From: a virus
Virus record (IMG/VR): IMGVR_UViG_3300045988_122441
Strand: one strand, 5' to 3'
DNA: 64,000 nt
Under the pieces are notes generated by a model, which was not told the DNA's origin, did no database searches, and saw only the letters and a program-made list of their open reading frames with translations. Made by a program: the position numbers and the translations under genes. Below, one piece after another: positions 25,339-35,981 of this stretch (positions are counted from its first letter, which is position 1; each line of letters begins with the position of its first letter).

Positions 25339-28300
25339 CTACCACTGATATTTATTTTTCGAGAGCTTACTGCCACCAGATAACTGGTCAACAGTCATGG
25401 AACGAATCATCTTTTCAAATTTTCCGTCCTTACGCATCTGGTTCATAAAATCGTTGTAGTCTTGTACATGTTCTATCGGAATTGTTACCTGATAGGTGAT
25501 GTCTCCGATATTTGTTGTATCTTTTCCGGATATAGGCGCACTTACCTTAGCAAGCTGTGATAATACATTTGCAGCGCCCTCATCTCCTCCAAACAACTTG
25601 CTCAAAGGATTATTTCCATCAGCAATGCTTCTCATAGCATCTTTCAATGCAATGAAGTTCTGTGTGTCCTCTGGGTTTAGAACCATTTCTGGCTCTGTAG
25701 GAGAACCGTCAAGCCAAGCTACTCCGGTATAGTCGGCAAGACCACCTTTCTTGAATGCGCTGTAGTAATACTGGGATAATTTGCTCTTTCCGGTCTTTAC
25801 CCAGTAATTGTACAGATCACCATTGTTTGCATGAGCATTAATGTATTTCTGTACGGCAGCCGCATTAGAAGCACCAAACTTTGCTGTCAACCGCTTCTTT
25901 CTGTCAGGGTCATTTCCCCATCCAGACTTAGAGCCGTAAATCCAGATAGCTGCGGCAACACCACGTTTCACGTCCTCATTGAATTTTGGTTTCGTAGAGG
26001 TAGTCGTAGGTGTTTTTGGCGTGCTAGTAGATGTAGGCGGCTTCGCAGAAGTGTCTGTTTTGGTAGATGGAGTTGCAGAAGACACTGTCTTGTTAGCCTG
26101 ATTATCGCTTTCTTTGACCATAGCACCAATTTTGTATGCTATTTTTGTAATCACATCATTGACTGATGTAAGTTGTGTCAAGAAAGACTCTCCGTACTTT
26201 GTGATGATAGAGTATCCGCCACCCTCATTTGACCAAATGGACTTCATGGCAGCAGATAAATCATATCCAACTTTGTCGCTCTGTGTCTGTAACGTAGTGC
26301 TAATTGTTGCAGAGTTGGCATTGATTGTATCAATCATGTCAGAAATCAAAGCATCGATATTATCAAGACGTTCATTCAGAATTGCCTCGTACTCATCATA
26401 CAGATTATCAAGGAGCTTTTTCTGCTCACTGATATAGTGCTCATACTGCGTCTCCTCAAGGTCGTCCATAGCGTCAGCCAGGTCAACCTGAATCTTTTGT
26501 ATGGTAGCTCTAGTCTCTTCTGAATTATCACCGGAATATGCAGATAACTGTTTCTGCAGTTTAGCAATCTCTGATGACTGTTTTTCAATATCTTTCTGAT
26601 AATCATGTAGGTCTTTGGCGGTATCCATTGCCTCAGTGTATTTGTCAATCAAATCCTGTAAGGCATCAAGTTCTTTTTCGATACCATTAGCCACGAGGTC
26701 TTTAATTGCTTGCTTTTCATCCTCAGCCGCAATGATTGAATCACGCTGTGCCTCCAGTAATTCCTGGCGATGCTGTAACAGCGTTGTATTGTTTGGGTCT
26801 TTTGCAATCTCTGCATTTAACTTCTTCAATTCTTCTGCATACTTATCAGCCTGAGCCATGTATACATTGTAGTTTTGACCACGAAGACCTAGTGTTGCCA
26901 TACCAGTATCGGTAAATTTACCGTTATCAGTAAACAAATCAGTGTTCTCCATTAAGTCAATCATAAAGTTGGCTTCATCAGTAATATTACTGATCTGCTC
27001 TTGCAGATACTCAAACCGTTCCCACTTGATTTCTCGTATCGAATTATTGAATTCGATGACAGCGGTTTCAGACTTCTGAATAGATTCTTTTACCGAATTG
27101 ATATCGTTCTGCATGTCATACCATGCTTCACTGCCTTCTTTGATTTCTCCAGAATTTACAGCTTCTGACATTGCTTTTGTGAGAGAAGCAAGTTCCTTCT
27201 TCTGAATAGCAATATTCTGTTTTTCAACATTTCGCATAGCTTCATAGAATTTGGTACTTGCAAGATATCCGCGAGCTTCAAGGTTATCAATACCGTTGTC
27301 ATAGGTATTAGTCAGATGCTCCAACAGACTAAGTTGATTCTCAAAATCGTTTGAGAGATTATCAAATCTATCTTTATATAGGCTGGCAATTTCTTCATGC
27401 AATTCTGCGACGGCATCTTTTGCTTTAATTGCTTTCTCATAGAAATCTTGATAATCCTTAATCTTATCAGCAAGGTCTTCGTCTGTGACGGTTGTGATAT
27501 CAATAGAACCATTCTGAATCTTTTTGACCCAAGATTGATCCAGACCAAGCGAGTTGGCTTTCGCCATATATCCCTCGTATGCCTTGTTTTCTACATCAAT
27601 CTTCTTTGTAATAGCTGCCATTTCTTTGACGGTAGCTTTATTACGGGTGCTAAGAGTTTGGAATGCACTGTCGGCTGTTATCTTTAGCCGATCAATAGCC
27701 TCTGTAGCTCTATCGACAGCTATGGCAATAAGGTCAAATACTTCTTCAAATTCTTTTTCTTTGGTAGATGTAGAATTTGATTTTGATTTTGAACTTCCGC
27801 TAGACCTTGTCCTGGAACCGCCGGATGATTTAGAACCACTTGAACTCTTCTTAGAAGAAGATGGTTTTCTGCTTGTAGAAGAGGCACTCGGTTTATATGG
27901 CTTATAACCACCAGTGACCATTGCAGTACCGCTTACAAGGGCAGAAGCTCGTCCGGCAACATAGCCATTCTCCAACAGACTTTCTGTTTGTCTATGGTTG
28001 AATACAATAGCTCCAGCAGGTATATCTCTGAATTCAGCACCGTTGTCGCCAACTGTATACCACTTGCCTGTGCGTGGGTCTACGACGATTTCTCGTCCAA
28101 GTTCTCCAACAAGTGTACGTCCTCCTGGGGCAGTTCCCCAGTCGCCGCCCACTCTTGCAGTACCGCCCGCATGAGCAGTACCATTAACACTGACATCTCC
28201 AGTCTTCACGTAATTTACATATCTTGTGATAGTGCTAAATGAACCTGGAAGATTTGCTGTATCCGCAACATAATTAACTGTTCTGTTAATAGATGGGAAA

Positions 28301-31039
28301 GAGGTTGGCAATAAATCCGTCTTAGGGTCATAGATCACGTCGCATGTCTTAGACTCTGGATTGTACCCATCAATAGCGGAGGCATCTACTTTTGCCTGAA
28401 CATTAATTGTTTCTGCCGATAAATTTGCGATTGATGTCTGAATAGATTCTACGGACGTAGAGTCTATATTCAACTTCGCTTTAATATCTGGCGAAAGATT
28501 CTGAATTTCAGAAGCGAGAGAGTTTACCTGAGATTCAGCCTCGCTAGTGTCAGCACCTACTTTCTGCTTGATTTCCAGATCATTTGTGGCATTCTGGAAT
28601 TGCTGCAGAAGTGAGATTGCGTTGCTGACTTCGCCCTCAACCTGAGAAGCATCGACACGCATAACATCAGGCTGTGAAAGGAGCTGCTTCTGTGTAAGGC
28701 AATACTGAATAACAGCGTTGGCATTGTCAATGCTCGAAGCATCGACATCCGGTCTAGCTTTAATGCTATCCATCTCAGCAATCGTTGCATCGAGGGCATT
28801 GATCTGTTCCTCTGTTGTAGAAAGATCAGATACATCCATCTTAATTTTCAGATCGCTGTTGCCGTCTAACTGTCGTAACGATTCAGCAGCTTCATTGGCT
28901 TCTACAGCTAAATCACCTACTGTTTTAACTGCTTCGTCTCCCCAGTCAAATTCAGCACCTTTCAACTGTAATTCATCGAAAAATGCCTGGACAACACCAG
29001 AAGATAAGTTCAGTCCCTCTGCGAAGTCCTCCATCTTCTTGCCACCGAGGACTTTAAATCCGTCATCTTCGCTATATGACATCAGTCCGGCATCAACAGA
29101 TTTCTGAAGGAATTTATCAATATCAAGACCGTCAACAACTCCGTCGTCATCGAATCTCAGATACTGTTTGAAGTCCGACATATAGGACTCAATAGCACCG
29201 AGATCTTCACGATCAACAGAATCTGGTACGATGAAATCTACGGCAGCTTCAAATTTCTTTGAACCAAAGTTCCCATAGATATCAGAGTTCGCATCGTATG
29301 TATCACGAATTTGCTGTATAGCACTAACAGTATCATTCGCCATATCTCCATAATCAGAAGCACTCTGTGCATTTAACCAATGCTGGTAAGCACCAACAGC
29401 TTCCTGAATAGAAGCGGAGAGTAAGTCGTACTGAGCACATGTATCAGCAATAGCACTGTTTTCATCCAGTAAGGCATCTATTGAAGCCTGTATGCTGTCG
29501 GCTGTTTCGCCTTCTGCAAAACTTGCATCCCGTAACTGCTGACGATATTGTTCAATCTGTCGTGCGTTCTCAAGATATTGAGATTGTGCCAGTGCCTTGT
29601 TTGTGTTGTTGATAGCAACCTGTTCGTCTGCTTTGGCTTTAGCAATTTCTGCTACTTTATCCGCATTTAACTGCATTGTGCCATTGACATACTCAAGAGC
29701 ACTTCGATAATCTGCGAGTTCATCAGAATTGAAATCTTCTACGGATATAGACTTTCCGGTCATCTGACCGTTTAATACAGACTGTACTGCATCAATCTGA
29801 GATGTCAGCTCCTGCGTTGCTTTAGTTGTATCGTCTACGGCATTCTGAATTCTTTCTGCATTGGATACGACAGCCTCGCCCGCATCGTCCGTAGCTTCTG
29901 CACTGGAATTGATAAGATCTACGAAGTCGCTGATTGATAATCCGGCACCTTCAATGGCAGAAGCGAGTTCAGGATATTTTTCCTTTACATCGTCAACCGA
30001 TATACCAGCTCCGTCAGTAGCCTTTGCTAATTCTGTGAGTTCATCCTTAGCCTTCTTGTATTCATCGCTATTTAATATTTCATTAAATTGCATCTGTTTC
30101 CAAGCAGTAGGGTCTAATTCTGAGTAGATATAGGCAATCTGGTCATCAATCTGACTTAACACATCTGAAGCGCCGTCAACCTTTGCAAGTTCTTCTTCGG
30201 GGAGAGCTTTAAGCGTGTCTCTATATTCTGTAAGAAGTTTTACCTGATCCCAGATAGAATCTGTTAAATCCTGATTCAGATCGTCGTAATGTTGGATGTC
30301 TTCTTCCAACCATTTGATATCATTCTCATTTCCATCCTTCTGTGCTTTTGCAAGCTCATCCTTAGCTTCTTGCTTCAAAGCATCGAACTGTTTTATAGCT
30401 GCAAGCATAGAAGAAACATCAGTCGGCTCGACAGTAAGACCAGCATTATTCCCCGTCATCTGAGCATAATCTTGACGCTCTTTGGTTTGACTTGCACTGA
30501 TTTCATTTTTGAAATTCTTTTTATATGCTGAAACAGTATCTTCAGCAGCTTGTCTGGCTGCTTTATTTTCTTCTCTTTCAGCTAAGTCCTGCTGAATTAA
30601 CAGCTGTTCAGTAGCATCTTTGAGCTTCTGGAGTTCTGCCTCCTCCACAAATGTAAGATGTTCTTTACCAAGCAGCTCATCCATAGAAGCCTTTGTTGTG
30701 TCTAATTCTGAGTTGACACTTTCGAGATTAGACTGAGCTTCTTGATAAGCACTGTATGAATCACGCATCTTATCATTAGCTTCTGATGCAGATACATATG
30801 CCTTTGATATTGCGTAAATACCTGCGGCAACGGCAGCCGCAATAGCGACAATCGGTACAAGTGTTCCGGATAACGCAGCAGCTCCAGCAGATAATGTTCC
30901 GAATACGCCAGCTCCACTCGAAGCGGCTGCAGCCATCTTTGCAATCGCATCTCCTACACTACCGAAAGATAACTGTAGCGCCACGAATACATCTGATAAA
31001 GACTTTATTCCTCCGATGTCTTTAGTAACAGACAATAGA
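25339..31039 (-). CDS. tail tape measure protein, 3' exon (C-terminal ~1900 aa)
   Basis: Long coiled-coil sequence. N-terminal hydrophobic Ala/Gly-rich segment. TMP-type block GGDWGTAPGGRTLVGELGREIVVDP. No SD before the ORF-track ATG at 31056, so it probably needs splicing to the 5' exon. The 5' boundary is approximate. Confidence 0.7.
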
Positions 31040-32042
31040 CATGTCGGGTATTTCATGGTAAAATTGAATAAAATCTATGGGAGGTATATTTATGGCTTTG
31101 ATAAAATGTCCCGAGTGCGGACAAGATGTGTCTGATAAAGCAATACAATGCATCCATTGTGGATATCCTTTAAATATCCAGAAAGATAGTGCTTATGATA
31201 TTATCTATAATGGATTTGAAAATAATTCATTAAAATACAAGTATCAAGCAAATCTGATAGGATGTATAAGACAACTGCTGAAATTAGATTTAACAACTGC
31301 GAAAATGATTATTGACAACCCACCATATACTCTTTTCCATTCTGTATCAAAAGAACAGGCAGAATGGATTATTACAACATTAAAACCGTTTCAATGCAAT
31401 GTTACTGCAAACGAATCTAATAGCGATATTCAGTCAAATATTGAAATTGATTCTTATATGGCAAACGGATCAACATTGATATGCCCGCATTGTGGTTCTA
31501 ATGAAGTTATAACAGGTCAAAGAGGCTTTTCATTATTAACCGGATTTATAGGCAGTAATAAAACCATCAATAGATGTGGAAAATGCGGATATAAATGGGA
31601 ACCGTAATTTATGTCTTCTTATCGACGCTGACATATGCGTACCATGATTAGAGTGAGAGATAAGTTCTCACTACACGAGGACTATACATTAAAAGTCGCT
31701 ACACTAGGCAGTAGCGGCTCAAAGGGTGGGTAGTCTCTGAGGATGAAGCTGTGAGTCTTCGTCCGGCTGATGTCATCCTATCTGCAGAAATATCTGCGTA
31801 GCACTTAGGCTTACTATCACCATATGCCATCCAATCATTTGTTTCTGCCTTTCGCAACGTTCACGCTTATTGTTTCCAATTACGTTGTAGTATGATTGGT
31901 TTAACCAGTTTCCCAGCAATTACCCCTTTGTGTGATTTGTTTTAAAACGCTCACCCATAGCCTTGGCTCATATCTCCAAAATTGATATGTCCTTGACCAT
32001 GCCGACCTCTGTTACAGATAACCCATGATTTTGGGTCAAGCC
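31040..32042 (-). mobile_element. group I intron in the tape measure gene (catalytic core about 31950-31650; splice sites approximate)
   Basis: Read in minus sense. P-like AAUUGCUGGGAAA. Q-like GCCUAAGUGCUACGCAG. R-like UCAGAGACUAC. S-like GUAUAGUCC. Pairings seen: P3 CAAAGGG (31930-31924) / CCCUUUG (31726-31720); P5 CCAAUCAU / AUGAUUGG; P7 GACUA / UAGUC; P8 CGCUAC / GUAGCG; P9 AGUGAGA / UCUCACU. Confidence 0.7.
31092..31607 (+). CDS. double zinc-ribbon protein with a ribosomal L7/L12 C-terminal-like middle domain, encoded antisense within the intron
   Basis: GGGAGG at 31079-31084, then ATG 31092. CPECG..CIHCG and CPHCG..CGKCG ribbons. Middle segment LIGCIRQLLKLDLTTAKMIIDNPPYTLFHSVSKEQAEWIITTL resembles the L7/L12 CTD. 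Confidence 0.65.
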   Translation: MALIKCPECGQDVSDKAIQCIHCGYPLNIQKDSAYDIIYNGFENNSLKYKYQANLIGCIRQLLKLDLTTAKMIIDNPPYTLFHSVSKEQAEWIITTLKPFQCNVTANESNSDIQSNIEIDSYMANGSTLICPHCGSNEVITGQRGFSLLTGFIGSNKTINRCGKCGYKWEP

Positions 32043-33829
32043 ACGTTCTTGATAATTTTGGCTATTCCTAATCCTACAAGAATGGTCTTTAATGAACCAA
32101 ACGTGCTGATTACTTTATCAATAGCCTCTACAATACCTCTAAGAGCATCGACAGCTCCTTTTGTAAAGTCTGAGTCGAAAACGTCAGAAGAGAGTTCCTG
32201 AAATGCAGCTTTCAGCTCTCCAACTTTTGCCTTAGTGGTATCCATGTAAATATTGTTTGCTTCTGTTGCAGTTCCAGCAGAATCCATAGCACTTGCATAA
32301 GCACCGATAGCATCCTTGATATTAGTGATTGTAGACATAATACCTGATGTATTACGTGTACCACCAAGAATTTCTGCAACACGAGACTGGGATACATCTT
32401 CCATGTTGTCCCAAACTTCTGCAAGCTGTACGAAGATGTCATACATATCCTTATATGTGTTTTCATCTTTCATGATGTCAACGCCGGATAATGCCATGAT
32501 TTCTTCTCTATACTTAGACAGACCCTGAGCTAATCCGTCTGTCTCTTCACCCATTTCCTCAAGCTCTGTTGTAGCCCCTCGGATACGAGCACTTACTGTT
32601 TTCCACATTGTACCTGTGGTTTCAGCATTCTGAAGGGATGCGTTTGTTGCGGCGAACAAAGCAGCACTCTTCTCGAAGTCAGTTCCAGAAGCATGGAGTG
32701 CAGCACCACCTCGCTGAAACGCAGCCATAAGTTCCTCGGCTGAGATAGCGTATTCCTGACCTACCTTTACGAGCACATCTGATACGTGTTCTGCATCACT
32801 TGCATCCATTTCGTATCCCTTTATGATAGAAGTAATACCAGTTGTAGCAGTGTCCACGTCAGTGTTACCGACATTTGCCATGATATTTGCATATTTAGCC
32901 AAATTCGATGAATCGCTCATGTTGTATCCGAGTCGAGCAAATGTTTCGATAGATGATGCTACATCAGTTACACTCTGACCAAGCTCTTTTGCAAGAGAGA
33001 TGGACTTCGTAAGAAACGCTTCCATTTGAGAATCAGAGGCTCCAGTTACAATCTGGATCTGAGCCATAGCACTTTCGACTTCAACAGCAGCAGAGACCAT
33101 CTGTTTTACAGTTCTAATCGCATACATGATTGCCTGTGAAACCGTCAACCATGAAGAGAATTTTGAAGCCAGACCGGATATTCTGTCACCAAATGACTGT
33201 GTATTTTCTCCAGCTGTTCTGATAGCAGTTGATGCATCAGTTACAGTTGCTTTAATAGAGGCAAAACGCTCTTTGAACTGTTCAGCCGAAACAGATCCAT
33301 TCATTAACCCTGTTTTTAACGCTTCTAATGCAGTGATCTGGTCTTTAAGCGCAGAATAGCTTGTACTGGTATTACCGTTTCTTGCCGCAGTCCATTTCTG
33401 AGTATTTACAGTTACCTGTCCAAGAAGATTGTTTACTTTGGTCAAAGCATCTGTATGTTTCTTTGTGCCGACTGCAAAAGCATTTTCACTCGCTGCAGCC
33501 TGTTTTGTAGCATCGGCGGCTTTCCTTGTAGCATTGGCATTAGCATTTTTTGCCTGTGTGTTGGCATTGATAGCTGCGGTATCTTTTACCCATATTCCTG
33601 AATTGGTCTTTGTGTATCCACCTGCTAACTTTGCCGCATTTGCGCTCGATGCAGCCTTAGTCATAGATTCAATCTGCTGTCTCATAGAAGACAGGGACGA
33701 ATCATCAAATTTAAGTTTTATTTTCGGTGGATTAGCATTGACCTGAGAAACCAGACTGGTAATTCCCGCCTGAAATTCAGCATAGCTCAACGAAGTATCC
33801 ACGCCGACTGTCAGTAAAATGTCAGCCAT
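32036..33829 (-). CDS. tail tape measure protein, 5' exon (N-terminal ~595 aa)
   Basis: TP901-type TMP core (QIQIVTGASDSQMEAFLTKSISLAKELGQSVTDVASSIETFARLGY). The frame stops at UGA 32038-32036, exactly where the intron-like sequence begins. Confidence 0.75.
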   Translation of the reverse strand: MADILLTVGVDTSLSYAEFQAGITSLVSQVNANPPKIKLKFDDSSLSSMRQQIESMTKAASSANAAKLAGGYTKTNSGIWVKDTAAINANTQAKNANANATRKAADATKQAAASENAFAVGTKKHTDALTKVNNLLGQVTVNTQKWTAARNGNTSTSYSALKDQITALEALKTGLMNGSVSAEQFKERFASIKATVTDASTAIRTAGENTQSFGDRISGLASKFSSWLTVSQAIMYAIRTVKQMVSAAVEVESAMAQIQIVTGASDSQMEAFLTKSISLAKELGQSVTDVASSIETFARLGYNMSDSSNLAKYANIMANVGNTDVDTATTGITSIIKGYEMDASDAEHVSDVLVKVGQEYAISAEELMAAFQRGGAALHASGTDFEKSAALFAATNASLQNAETTGTMWKTVSARIRGATTELEEMGEETDGLAQGLSKYREEIMALSGVDIMKDENTYKDMYDIFVQLAEVWDNMEDVSQSRVAEILGGTRNTSGIMSTITNIKDAIGAYASAMDSAGTATEANNIYMDTTKAKVGELKAAFQELSSDVFDSDFTKGAVDALRGIVEAIDKVISTFGSLKTILVGLGIAKIIKNVA

Positions 33830-33911
33830 TTATTTATCTCACCGCCTTTTTGAATATAAAGAAAAGGACTGGCTTATACACCAATCCTTTCACTAAATGT
33901 TTACTATGTGT

Positions 33912-34460
33912 TTAAGAAAAATCACCGCTTACAGAAATGTCAATGACATTGTATTCGGATGCGTAACTTCCCATAAAACTGCTGACGGCATCATCTACGA
34001 AATGAGCACCCGGTATCACAGTTCTACTCCAAGTTTCTTGACCGTGCCATATACCATGAACACGATTCATTTCATGATCCACACCGTTATTTAACAGTGC
34101 GGCTAAATTACTAATACCTCCGTACTTACCAGGAACCAACGAAGGTCTGCTCAGGTTTCCAGTAAAGAAGATTTCAATCGTATATACATTTGCTCCAGCC
34201 GGAACAGCAGAAGAGTGGCTAAGCTCTGAAATTGCGGCAGCAGCTTCTGAGCTTATACCGGAACTGCTGATCGAGTTTCTAAGAACTTCTATGAACTTTT
34301 CAGCAGCTTCCTCTGGCGTATGTGTTTTACCTCCGGACTTTAAAGTTATGGTTCCAAGCATAACTTTAGCAACCGTACTGTTTACTTTTGCCTGACCAGC
34401 GCCGCTTCCCATATGAGCCTGTGCTTTCGCAAGTATGGAATCCATATTGATAGAAGCCAT
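33912..34460 (-). CDS. hypothetical protein in the tail-chaperone position
   Basis: 182 aa with its own AGGAG and ATG 34460, immediately after the stop of the upstream gene. No motif recognised. Confidence 0.5.
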   Translation of the reverse strand: MASINMDSILAKAQAHMGSGAGQAKVNSTVAKVMLGTITLKSGGKTHTPEEAAEKFIEVLRNSISSSGISSEAAAAISELSHSSAVPAGANVYTIEIFFTGNLSRPSLVPGKYGGISNLAALLNNGVDHEMNRVHGIWHGQETWSRTVIPGAHFVDDAVSSFMGSYASEYNVIDISVSGDFS

Positions 34461-34462
34461 AA

Positions 34463-35074
34463 TTATTTATCTCCTGTAGGCATCTGCACAACCTTTGAGT
34501 CTTTAGATTTGTCCATATATGCCTGTACGACTTTTCCTTCGTCTATATTTCCATCAGACATTGCATGGATAAGAGCTGCTAGATCATCTGGGTTCACTCC
34601 GGCATAGATCCCCGCAATCTGATTTACCAGATTTTCACACTCATCATTGATATGCTGCATCTGATTCATAACTGCCTGTATATTTGCCTGTGCAATATTA
34701 GAAACTTTATGCTCAATAGCATTGATAATTTCACCGAACTGACGACCCTCGATATGGTTCAGAACGGCATCTACAATATCTGAATTATAGATAACCGCAT
34801 ATCGTGTAGGTAAGTCTTCTGGCAGATTGAAGTTAGCGTACATCTCCAGTAAGCAGCTTTTGATTGCAAAGTCTTTAACTTCTGGCAGGTATTCGCCATC
34901 ATCACCGAAGCAAGTTTTTGTCACGTAGTCAACAAATTCCATCATGGTTTCCATCGAGAGAACTCTATTTACGACAACGCTCATGCCGTTCCACTCAAAT
35001 TCTGCAGTAGGTTCTGAAATTTTGTTTACAGCTTCGATCAGTGTAGACGCATCAATTCTATTTGCTTTTTCCAT
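34463..35074 (-). CDS. putative tail assembly chaperone
   Basis: Acidic ~200-aa protein upstream of the TMP. GGAGGAAGAAAATA precedes ATG 35074 (MEKANRID..). The ORF-track start at 35134 is less likely. Confidence 0.45.
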   Translation of the reverse strand: MEKANRIDASTLIEAVNKISEPTAEFEWNGMSVVVNRVLSMETMMEFVDYVTKTCFGDDGEYLPEVKDFAIKSCLLEMYANFNLPEDLPTRYAVIYNSDIVDAVLNHIEGRQFGEIINAIEHKVSNIAQANIQAVMNQMQHINDECENLVNQIAGIYAGVNPDDLAALIHAMSDGNIDEGKVVQAYMDKSKDSKVVQMPTGDK

Positions 35075-35546
35075 TATTTTCTTCCTCCATTTTCTCTTTT
35101 TGGGCTTCTCGCTTAGCCTTTCTTCGGATAGCACGTTGTTTCTTTACATATTCGTAAGAGCACCATCCTCCATCAATTCCTGAATAAGTCACCCATCTAT
35201 AATCTACGTCCGGGAATTTATACCAAAATAATTTCCTTTTGATATTTGCGACCGAATCCGGACATCCTTTTGTGTCAATAACGACCTCAGTTCCGTCCTT
35301 ATATACAATGAAAAAATCCGCAACGTAGGTAATTGGGTGAACGTTTTTGTCGTCGTGTTTGAACTTTGGTTGTAACTCATATGGTTTCTGAAGCTCAAAT
35401 CTTACCACATCGCCACTCTCCACTAGGGGGCAAAGTACATCACGATAATATTTCATTTCCAGTATGGAATCGAATACGATACCATCATAAGTACGATTTG
35501 AAGTGTCTTTATCGACATTGAATTTCGTTCTTGCGATAATAATCAC
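35058..35546 (-). CDS. DUF1064-family PD-(D/E)xK-like nuclease
   Basis: YDGIVFDSILEMKYYRDVL..GDVVRFELQKPYELQP..ITYVADFFIVYKDGTEVVIDTKG..IKRKLF matches the DUF1064 pattern (FDSxxE..Y..L / YxADF / xxDxKG). Confidence 0.65.
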   Translation of the reverse strand: MIIIARTKFNVDKDTSNRTYDGIVFDSILEMKYYRDVLCPLVESGDVVRFELQKPYELQPKFKHDDKNVHPITYVADFFIVYKDGTEVVIDTKGCPDSVANIKRKLFWYKFPDVDYRWVTYSGIDGGWCSYEYVKKQRAIRRKAKREAQKEKMEEENNGKSK

Positions 35547-35557
35547 CTCATGAAAAT

Positions 35558-35592
35558 AAGGCTACACCTTACAAAAAGATGTAGCCATGTGC
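35558..35592 (-). terminator. hairpin plus U-run
   Basis: GGCTACA / TGTAGCC stem. On the minus strand it is followed by TTATTTTC. Lies downstream of the 35605-35901 gene. Confidence 0.4.
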
Positions 35593-35604
35593 TATATGTA
35601 ATTG

Positions 35605-35901
35605 TTACTCAGTATCTTCCTCTTCGTCAAAATCGTCCTCGAACCAAGAATCTTCCCCGTCACATTCGTCGAGGTCACTATAGTCCGAAGACGATGGAGT
35701 AGGTTCGTTAAGTGGAACTACCGGCTCTGCATCATTCGCTCGTGATGCCTCAATCTCTGCAAGGTAAACACTACCATGCTCGGGGCAACACGCAACGTCC
35801 TGATACCGGAAGATACCTTCAATACGCCGAAGTGTGTGGCAGTATTCATACTCTTTACCACACACTTTGCAAATTCTAGTTGCTGTAGGCATTATTCCCA
35901 C
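35605..35901 (-). CDS. small zinc-ribbon protein with an acidic tail
   Basis: CKVCG..C..CCPEHG cysteine pattern. C-terminal Asp/Glu-rich tail. Confidence 0.5.
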   Translation of the reverse strand: MGIMPTATRICKVCGKEYEYCHTLRRIEGIFRYQDVACCPEHGSVYLAEIEASRANDAEPVVPLNEPTPSSSDYSDLDECDGEDSWFEDDFDEEEDTE

Positions 35902-35981
35902 CTTCCTAATTCCGTAAAGAGACTCTTAGCAGCCTCGTCTATAATTGTCTTGCTGTCATTCGTGAACAATGCCTGCGCTCT

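Noticed and set aside
32030-32043. Alternative P1 helices for the intron (CUUGACC/GGUCAAG; UGACCCA/UGGGUUA; UUGACC/GGUCGG)
   Set aside because: The first two lack the obligatory U-G wobble at a usable splice site. The third leaves only 1-2 exon base pairs. They may be P1 extensions or P2 elements. The splice sites therefore remain unassigned and are reported as approximate.
33912-35074. Programmed -1 frameshift joining the tail chaperone ORF to the next ORF (G/GT-type)
   Set aside because: The downstream ORF has its own AGGAG plus ATG immediately after the upstream stop. I could not find a slippery heptamer in an overlap, because there is no overlap.
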